A DNA stretch of 63,534 bases, counting the filler, from Platydemus manokwari (Eukaryota), in NCBI GenBank assembly GCA_037951405.1. It is 5 parts of 5 records of this genome, joined end to end, with 100 filler letters (N's around TTAATTAATTAA, not from the genome) between each part and the next. Parts side by side here need not be neighbours in the genome. Positions count along the whole stretch, not along the records: positions 53,610 to 63,534 come from JBBMOY011188877.1; 4 more parts are not named here. The stretch is one strand, 5' to 3'. This document shows positions 53,610 to 63,534 of this stretch, piece after piece; within the stretch, counting starts at the first letter, position 1, and each line of letters opens with the position of its first letter. The notes beneath the pieces are model-generated. The model was given only the letters and a program-made list of their open reading frames with translations, was not told where the DNA came from and did not search any database. The position numbers were made by a program, and so were the translations under genes.

Positions 53610-56600
53610 ATGATGTTAGTATTCAAGTTTAGATTTTGTTAGATTAATTATCAATTTACTGGAATGAGATTATTTTTTGTCGCAATGACAGTTTATGGAT
53701 TTAGATTATTGGAATTATATCTACTTCAATTTTTGGAATTAACTATGAATGCCAATAATTGCTTACATTTAAATGTGAATTGCATCCATGATAATTTTGA
53801 TATGAATTTTATTATATATGAATATTATTTAATATTTGGATTTAAATATCTGAATAATTGATAAAATTGATTTTAGCAAGTACATTGCTTTAATTTATTA
53901 TCTGATTCCGTATCTAACTTTGTGTTGGCGTTGTGAATTTAAAGTTTATAACTAGTGTGAGTCCTTGTCTGTTGATTGAATTGCATTGTCAATACAACGG
54001 AGTTGTATAATTTACAATCAATCTACTTAACTTAAAAACACAAAGGTCGAGAATAATGTTTAACTATTGAAACCGAATTTATATATTATCAGTTATGCAA
54101 TAACATTGTACAACGACTACAATCGATAATTATATTACTGGTTAAAAACTTCCAACAATCAACTGAACAGAAATCAATATTTTACTAAACATATATTTTA
54201 AAAGTTTGACCAACAATATGTGATTCAGATTCTGCGTCGTAATTTAAATTAATCTTAAATTTTCTTACGCAAGCTTTTCTTTTAGCAACAAAGTTCCTGT
54301 GATTGGTATTCGAATTATTTTGTGAATGATTTTTCCTTCTACCTTTATATTATTTCCTTATGCAGATTATTTTCTTTTTCTTTATTGGTACAAAAAATCA
54401 TTTTTCTTTTTCCACTTTGATAATTTTATTTATTTTATTGGTTTTGGGTTGTCATCTCGCTTGCTACAGTAATATTTTGTTGGCACTAAGTCAAAACAAT
54501 GATTGAATGATATTTAAAATGGTTTACTTGTGGTAATAATCATTCACAAAAGATCCAAGTCATTAATTAATATCAAATTAAATCTTCGTCCAGATACGAT
54601 CTTGTGCTTCAAATGCAGAATGCATTTGTGACTATTACCACGTACTCTGCAATACAATATACAACTGCTTTTATAGCTTCACCATACCTACCTTCTGAAT
54701 TTTTCCTAACTGTGTGTCCGGAAATGTAGCGACCATATCAAAATAAAATCATTTCAAGTACTCGAGTTTAGAAATATATTTTAGATAGCGCCACTAAAAT
54801 TATTATATCTGTTATATCTGAGTTGATTTTAATATTTTAATATTTTTGACTTGGTTTATGATCTTCTCAAACAGGGATTTCTCATAAAAACTTCGATATG
54901 AAAATCTGTGCCTATGAAATTCTTGTGTTCAAACTCTTTGGTAAAATTTATATCCATAAAATTTTCAAGTTGAAATTTTCGTGATAAAATTTTTGGCAAT
55001 TTCCTGTTTCAGTTTTTTTTGATAGCTTTCTAATTACGTGATATATTTTCTTCTCTTTTATGATGCTGCTTTTATTAGTCATTTAAGCCATCTTTATTTT
55101 AATAATTCCAATTACTTTTTTTATAATTCTTGGTTTATTTTCGTTAGTTTTTAGTAATTTTAATTTCTTTTTTCGAATGTTTTTTGATTTTTTAAATAAT
55201 TACAACTTTATTCCTGCACCTACAAGCCTTATCCCAACAATTCTAATATTTGATTTTATCTTATAAAAATTTTTACAATAAAAGACGTGATTAAATTCGT
55301 TATGAATAGTCAAAGTGAAAAATATTTTTGATATAATTATTTAAGTAATTCTATAAAATCACTTCCAAACTTATTGCTATAAATTTCAAGAAATTCAAAT
55401 TATTTCAATGTTAATTAAAAGTGAAATTATCACGAAAATTGAATGGTTTTATTTAAATTAATATTCTAAAATCTCATTAAAAATATAATGAATAAGAAAT
55501 CTTTTAAATGATTAACCGAAATATAATTTATTGTTGTGAACTACAAAAAATATAATTAATATATTCCAAATCTTGATTTAAATTGGCTTTCAAATCAAAT
55601 TCAAAGCACGAATATATTAATATAAAAAGTTGTGTATAAAACAGTGGGAATTTTTAAAAGAAAATTTTCTGTAGATATGCACCAATTATAAACTAAAATC
55701 CAATCAAAGTTTGTTTTTTAAAGGCATGTAATTATTTGTTGGAATTTTATGTTTTGATCATGTTTTCTGAGCAATTTTCAAATATTCGACATTATGAAAT
55801 GTGTATTTACTGAATTTAGGCTTTAACATAATAAATTCCGTAAGTCTTCATTAAAAAATAAAGTTCTCCACCCGATTTGCGACCACAGACAAATTAGTTG
55901 AATAAAAGAATATTCCGTATCATGGATACGCTACGAAAGTCGACCTTTTTCAAACAATTACAGTAAGAAATAATTTATTGATCGATATTTTAAGAATGCA
56001 CATCATAGTTTTTCTGTTATAATGAGGTCGTTAGGAATCATGACAAACCATAAAGTGATCGTCGCATTGAAAAAGATAGACAGACTCTCAGGTGGACCGA
56101 TCACATGTCCATGTAAATCACAAATTCAATTATAACTTTAGAAACAGAGATGATAAATAAAAATCACCAACATAGAATAACAAATCGACATTTGTGCTCC
56201 TTTGGTCAGCTGTGCAAAATTGTGTCTATAATAAATTTTCAGTTATTATCGTTTGTTTTTCTACCAAAAACATGATAAATACATTAAGTAACAGACTCCA
56301 CGTTTATTAATTTTTAATTATAATTCTGAACATCCTTTTTATATTGATTTCTCGAAAACAGGTCTTTTTAAAATAATCAAACTACCGTGTTACAGAGTGA
56401 CACCTGTATTATTATATATACCAAGAGCATTTGTTTGAAGGAAGGCATACCGTTGTGGAAATAGAAAATAAATTTTTGTGAATGTACAATTTATTTTTTT
56501 ATTTATTTAGTGGTGAATGGATTCGTTTAAAAGTTTTGCTGTATATAATAAAAATATTTTGATTTTCATTGCTTAGTTTAAGTTTAATATTGAAGAACGT

Positions 56601-56631
56601 TTTTGACTGTCAAATTGTCACGGATAATAAT

Positions 56632-56780
56632 TGTAAGCCGCTACTATTTTTATAAAATAAATATTGTGAAAACCAACTGAAAAGTCACGACATCAAATCG
56701 TATATTTAGCTACAATTATGTAAACAAATTACTATAATTTTATATAAAATCAAATTAAAAATGCTCACAACATTTTCAGA
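56632..56780. repeat. Interspersed repeat family A copy
   Basis: tgtaagccgctacta...aactgaaaagtcacgacatcaaat...caattatgtaaacaaatt matches the family core. Confidence 0.7.
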
Positions 56781-57589
56781 GTAACAACAGTTATTAATAC
56801 TATTATCTCTTTTCAAAATTCTTTTATTCGACATGACATTATTTTCTGATCAGGCATTATAGCTCTTTTATTACCAGAATAGACTGTCTACCAAATTAGT
56901 CTTGAACCCAAGAAATTTTTAAATCAAAATAATAACTCATAGTGGAAAAAAATAATTAAAATTTATTTAATGATGAATTTGTCCAATAAAACAGATAAGA
57001 AACCTGAAAAAATAAAGCTGTTAATTCACAATATACTTGTAATGAAAATAATCCACTATCCTGAAGATCAATCATCGAAGAAAATGAATCCCTTTAAAAG
57101 ATTTCTTTTTACAGAAATTAAATTTCATTGTTCGCCGATTTTAATTTAATTGTACCGTGATATGAAATAAAGCAATTAACAGCATCAATGATAAAATCAC
57201 TTTTTTTGATAGAAAATGAATGATAGGAAAAATATTTCAATTAAATAACTTAACATGATCTGATTTTTATCGTTAATGAAGCAATGACTTGTATCTATCA
57301 TCACTTGCACTGTATTGTCATTTTAGTGAAAAACTACTCAAAAGAAAATATATCTCAATAACAGGTTGACGGACGTGCTAGTGTAACCGTGATATAAATT
57401 TTTAAAAATCCTCTGATACTACTGATTATAGATTATGTACTTCAACTTATTGCTGTTTATTATAGCAGAATGATAATTTATCGAAATATGTGATAAAAAT
57501 GCGGAAAAGAATTATCATATGGCTGGGCAAGATGTTCAAAATAATTTGGCTTTCATTTTTCTTGATTAATAGCTACAATGGATTTGACA

Positions 57590-60440
57590 TTTCTTTACAG
57601 GTCCATATGAACTGCAATAATACATTTCGTTGGATTAAATGAGCGTATTATATCAACGTCTACAATAACATTTTTGATTTTATCATTCCAATGTTTTCTT
57701 GGAAATGTTCCCAAATAAATAAAACGTTGATTTCGGTATGGATGAGACCATGTTAAATTTTTCAATTTTTAAACTGTACTTGAAAATCGAAAAACAATTT
57801 TTTTTTAAACTTGGTAGACCATTGACAATCAAATCTCAGGGGAACAATGTTAACAATTTTCCGAAAACTTAATTTTCAAAATTTGTGCTTTTTAAAATTT
57901 ATTATAAATCGCATATCAAAATTTCCGTGAACGAATAACATTGCTTGTATCGATTTTTATTCAATTAGCTGAAATTATTGAATAACCATGTTGGTATATC
58001 AATTTTTTCAAATAAATCACCATCAAATAGTACTTCCTATCATTTGAATTCCGAATTCATGTAAATAAATATCATGTTCAATACATGAATATATCTTAAA
58101 AGGAAAAGAATACAATAATAAAGTCAAACGGTAACGTGACCACGGGTCAGCACTGAAATTGGTTTCAGGATTATCCACTTCTTGGTTGATTCTTGGATCT
58201 AAGCAAGATGCAAACAGTAAGCGTTCCTTGGAAGAGAGAAAGTTTGTCACAAACGAATGATTATATAATCGTGTTGTTGTTATGTAATGCTATTAAAATC
58301 ATTACATATTTATTTTAGGATTTTTAAAGTCATCGTCTTAAATTATTGTGGCTGTCTAACTCGGAGTTCTGAATTACTGAAAGCTTGAGGAACTGTGGAA
58401 ATTCAATTTGGCTTCTAAAATACTATTAGCACTAAATAAAGTTTGATTTTTCGGTATTCCTTTATTCAATATCAAAGGATTGAAAACCAATGCTTGGTGA
58501 GAGTTGATACAACTTGCTTTAGTGTTTAAGTCGAGGAAGCAGCGTCTCATATCCGTATCAATGGCTGCCATTCATAATTTGTGGGTCTGACTTATCAAAC
58601 ACCGGTTTGACGGTTGTGCCAAATTAGTGCACTACATTGACAGATACTTGACTCTGTCCGAAATGCATTGAGGAATCATTCATACGAATGTGAATTTTGT
58701 TATCGTTACGATTAAACTCAATGACTGACTGTCAGATGCTTAATCCTGGAGTAATCAATAGTCACCATGATTGTTTTGCATTTGGCATACAAACTAAAAA
58801 TGTCCAGCTGATAAAGATGTCAACGAATCACTCTGCTTAATAGCCGACTCAGTCGTAATATTAAGTGGGTTGATAACTTATTCAGATTTTAGTTTAGAAA
58901 AGATGCATTCCTTCTTTATTCGTTTACCAATTGAAATCCCCGCATTGGCAGTATCCAAATACTTGTAATAAGTGATACGTTTTATGGTAACAATCAATAC
59001 ATCGCTGGCATAGTATTTTTCCAAAAACAGAAGCACCAGTAAGAGTCAATCAAAAGGCAACTGGCTTAATGGTGTGTTCATGAATTTCAAAGATAGTATT
59101 CAACTATGTATTTTGTTCAATGCAGGCATATGCACACAAATATTTTTTTAATTTATAATTTTAATGTTATTCAAATTTGAATTATTTGTAATATTTTTAA
59201 ATAAACCTCACACGTACCGAGCGAGGAAAGAAAATCTCCCTGAGTTCGAGAATGATATCGACCATCAATTTCATATCGTTTTGTCATCAGTTTTACCTAA
59301 TTTCTGGATCAGAAATGTTGGACGTTGCTTTCAAACATATGATAATTCTTTTTCGCCAATAACTTTATCAAAAATCCTGCCACAAGTTTACTTTCTATGA
59401 TCAGAATTTTAACATGTGAATTATTCAAAAATATAGCTCAACTATTAAGCTATTTGTGTTTCGTCATAATTTGATAACCAGGACGATCATTAAATTGGTT
59501 ATGTATTCAATTATTTGACATAGAAGTGAGGTATTGAATGAAATACCGTACAAAATTCTTGTAGGAAAAGAATACATAAAATAAGAATAATCTTGGTCTT
59601 GGACATTTCTTTTAGATTTGCATCTTTCAATAGCATGTAAGTGCCTTTGTAACTCAGACATATTCGAAGTCAGCCGATCAGCTTAGAAGGCATCACTATA
59701 AATGTAATCAAGTCTACCTATTATGAGATTGTCGTATTCATTGTTTCAGCACTTCAAATAAAAGACATAATGGCATAATCCAGATCATTTATCGCAAGTT
59801 ATTGAATGATATCACGTTAATGATATATTCTACTATCTGGCTAATATTTCTAAAAATCTTTAATAGCAATTCAGTCTGCCATGCTGTATTTACCACCTTG
59901 GTTTTTTATTTGGGATTTACTTTGGAATATTTCCGAAACTCCATTTTGATTTTCAAAATTTTTCGAAATCTTTTCCTTCATAAATAATGTAATTTAAGAG
60001 AATTTATTTAACCTTAAACATATTAATTGAACCCATAAGTGGTGCTTAAAATTATTAATTGATTGATGCTATTATCAATTTCATTATCGTTATCTTAATC
60101 ATCTAATATTCTAATTTATGGTTTCAAAAGTGTATTCCGTTTCATAGCCGTGGTATCAAGTTGACAGCAAGCAAAATTTATGGTATTACACACCACCATC
60201 TACATAGTTATTGTCTCGATAACCAAACCCACATGAATGAAATTACGTTGCCATGGAATTCACCCAATGCAAATATTTATACAAGATATGATTTTCTGAA
60301 GAAATTTCCCTCTCATAGACGTTAAGAATATTTCCGAAATAGTTGTTGTTCACCAATAAAAACTTCAACATCGTTAAATGCTCAATGATAAATGATGTAA
60401 TTATAATTATAATGGAAAAAAATAATGTTGAAATGTTCAA
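57590..60440 (-). pseudogene. Decayed exon-like tracts, possibly a UBR (N-recognin) E3-like pseudogene
   Basis: Several protein-like frames, some bounded by ag/gt, are broken by stops. One reads LCQRCIDCYHKTYHLLQVFGYCQCGDFNW* (about 58950-59020), reminiscent of the UBR-box CDCGD..W end. No intact model could be built. Confidence 0.3.
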
Positions 60441-61805
60441 TTGTTTCGATTTGGTTTTCGTTGTGAAAAAATTTTGATTTTATTCAAAAAACTGGAAAAC
60501 ATTGTGTTCAGTTGATTGAGCTCTAGTCAAATCGATGCTGCAAACATAAATTTTCGAATAAAATCATGCTATAAATTGTAAAGGAAAATGAAACAAATTA
60601 ACTTTGTTGACAAAACCATATTTTTTTCGCTGAAAATATTCAGTGAGAGGCTTCGAGTATTTCCATTCATGGACTCTCTCCCACACACAGGTTTGACATT
60701 TTAAATTCATGCTCTGGTTAATTTTTGCTCGAAATTAACGAAAATATTTGACCATTTAGAATTATTGGGATATTTAACTAGATTTAAAATAGAGGTTTTG
60801 TTACCATGGAAACTATGAATAACGCTTCACTGTTTATATTTGATAATATGGAAGATTCACAGATATAATTAAGAATCGAATTTATATATTCGGAATGTTT
60901 TCCATTCATCTGTTAAAATTCCTCAAATGATCCTCAATGGTTCATATCATGTATCCAAGGTCCCTCATCTCTGGATGATATTTAGAGATTCTTTATACAG
61001 CGGATTTCATTTTAAAGATGATCATGATTTATGGAGACAGATAATCGATTATGAATCCGCTTTGATTATCATTAGGAAATATCTAGGATATGAGCTAGCT
61101 CAATCCTTTACAATATTAACCTCAGTATAAATCACAATATAATTTTTAACGTAATGACAAACAGTTAATTAATAAGGGTACAATATGATAGATTTCTAAT
61201 ACTGATCGTCAGGAAATACTGATTTATGCATTACAAATACAGCTGTAACATGTTCATCGTACCAGCAGTATATCATTTAACCGTAAATGAATTATCGAGT
61301 ATTGGATTAGATGCCCTTGATCGAAATAATAAGTAGAAAATATTACAAAACCAGTCTATTACTAGCGTAGCATTTGAAATCTGCGGTCGGTTCAAACAGC
61401 AAAATATATTATTTTAAAAATTGCTATGGTTTCCACTGAATGAAAAATTACGTCATCTCAGATTTTAGATTTAAAACTGTGAAAAATTTTCAAACTGTTG
61501 AAAATCGTTTTCGATTTGCTTCATCGAAGAAAATTTCAAAATTCCAATGTATCCTCGCTAACATAATATTATCTACTAAAGGAACACCGAATTCCATTTT
61601 AACAGTAAGAAAGTACAGTCACAAATACTAAAATTCAACTTTCTCCAATCACCGACATATGGAGAGGATATAATGAACTAAAAAATTGAAAAAACAAATT
61701 TCGTTTTTCTACTTCGATGAAATCTTATCGAAATCTAAAAAAATACAATTTAAAACATTTATTTGTGAAAATCTCATTCCCAATTATACTAAAAGTGTTT
61801 GCAAG

Positions 61806-62700
61806 TCATAACAGAGAATAAACATAGTCTCCATCAGCTTTAATGACACTCTGGAGATGGTGTGTAAAATTTTTAAACTCACTTGTGAGCTTGACCTTCG
61901 ATGTTGACTCGAAATATTGACGAAAATCGTTGCTCACCTATCCTGAATTAATGAAGTTTTTTCTATTTCGATAGCACTCGTAGTTCCTGAAGATCAGACG
62001 ATCCATGAGGTTTGTGTCGGATGAGTAGGCTGGATGCTTTAATAGAGACACGCGATTGTCTTCAAGCCAAAGTCGAATTAACTGTGCTGCGTGAGGTCTG
62101 GCATTGTCATACTGAATGACCATTTCCAAGCAAGTATTCTTGTTTGAAAATTAAAATCATATTCTGCAGAAATTGTAGATATCTCTCAGCGTTGATGGAT
62201 CCATCGTCACGAAGAATTTCGAAATACGTGAATGATTTTGCATTTTTGCTGACAACAGTAATCAGAACTTTGCAATAGTTGGACGATCACCTGTGCCAAC
62301 CACCCAAACACGGTTGCATTCTTTTGGGGGTACGTCTCGAAGGTAAATACATTTTTCATCGATCACGATGATCTTTTCCTTAGCTCTTCTTGTCGAATAA
62401 GCAGTCAACATTTCTTGACAGCAAGTGACTCTGATTCTCTTCTTATTATCCATCAGAATGTGAGGAACCAATTTGTTGCAAAGTAAATTCTTTCCAAGTT
62501 CTTTTTTCAATTTATGGCGAACACTCGTTTCTTTAATGTCAGCGACTCTTGAAATGACTGGACAGCTTAAATAGCAATCTTCTTCAATCATTTTACGCAC
62601 AATAATGACAGTCTCTTCTGCAGAGCTCCTTATTTGTCATCCTGAACCTTCTTTTCACTCAAAAAGTGTTCACCGGTCTCCTGAAAGCTCTTTGATAATT
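61806..62700 (-). mobile_element. Mariner (DDD) transposase pseudogene
   Basis: Frameshifted fragments: LVPHIL (WVPHEL motif), IIVIDEKCIY (first Asp), QYDNARPH (second Asp), HPAYSSDTNLMD (YSPDLAPxD motif) and C-terminal VIKADGDY. The 5' boundary is approximate. Confidence 0.9.
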
Positions 62701-63319
62701 ATCTGTACTCTCTAAAGACTGAATCATTTAACCAGCTCTAATCGATTTATTTAAATTTAAATGTCGAACTTTCGAGTCTTGTTAATGATCTACCTCAGAA
62801 AATTTACCTAAGAAAAATGTACCTAGAAAATTTTAACTTTGGCCTTCAGATATTTTCTTATTGATAAAAACGAAACTCTTTCAGCCTTGATTCATCAGCT
62901 CCGGAGTACTGATAAATCATGAAGATTATCCAAAGATGCCGATAATAATAATTATTGTTATTACAATAATAATAATTATTATACAATAAGGAATCCAAAA
63001 ATCAACAAACAAATATAATTCAAATAAATTTCATGAAAGCGTAAGGTACAAAAGTTCAACACAATTGCTGTATGTGTTTCAATTGGAAACACTGAACTAA
63101 ACTGTTATCATTACTTGTTATATTGATCGAAATTCTTCATCAACTATAATGCATTTCAAATAAATCATTCAAAATAATTGCGATCCTCAGCTTAAGAATT
63201 TTAAAATCGAAAGACCATTCAAGCAATATCTATGAAAAAATATCATCCAACGAAATGATATTATTAGCTCATGCCATTTCATTAAACACGAATTTAAAAC
63301 TAATTAAAATTTCGTATTC

Positions 63320-63534
63320 AGTTAAGAAAAAGGGTCCTTTGACTTATTTTCGTTATAATTAATTTTCCCGCATGAGTTATTTTTATAACTTAATTTTATA
63401 TATAACTTCCATGTTTGATTTATTCTTATAATTCTGTTAATATCTCATTTTTCAAGATAATAGTGACAAAACATAGTTTTAAAACCAAGTTCCCATTCTA
63501 ATCACAACACTTCTATATGATTATTTGAGTTTTT
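63320..63534. mobile_element. MITE family B copy cut by the window end
   Basis: agttaagaaaaagggtcctttgac...agttttaaaaccaagttcc...taatcacaacacttctatatgattatttga matches 42177-42395. Confidence 0.8.

Noticed and set aside
1-63534. Prokaryotic-type systems (CRISPR arrays, operons) and rRNA/tRNA genes
   Set aside because: No regularly spaced repeat-spacer array or structural RNA signature was seen; the genes carry spliceosomal introns.

Overview
Very AT-rich eukaryotic genomic DNA with many 43-58 nt GT-AG introns; this style suggests a planarian-like flatworm, which is an inference. Five contigs are joined by four 100-nt N44-TTAATTAATTAA-N44 scaffolding spacers. The ORF track misses most genes because they are spliced. 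Splicing by hand gives six genes: (1) a divergent, apparently truncated DEG/ENaC-family channel (-, about 6.6-8.2 kb); (2) the first five exons of a Tectonic gene (-, 11243-11960); (3) eIF4G2/NAT1/DAP5 (+, 9 exons, 13682-23326, both ends unseen); (4) a complete 6-exon thiopurine S-methyltransferase (-, 29942-31350); (5) a complete 8-exon, 268-aa uncharacterised gene (-, 36174-37502); (6) an intronless DAZAP1/Hrp48-like two-RRM gene (+, 46737-48041) lying between two related solo LTRs. The C-terminal domain of gene 5 resembles, from memory, the tail of plant ASCH-domain proteins and a motif pattern of bacterial CdiA/RHS toxin tips. It is the best candidate for an undescribed system here, followed by the HG-less truncated ENaC. 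The rest is TE debris: a decayed Gypsy element, a mariner pseudogene, hAT and other MITEs, an interspersed repeat family, microsatellites and decayed exon-like tracts.
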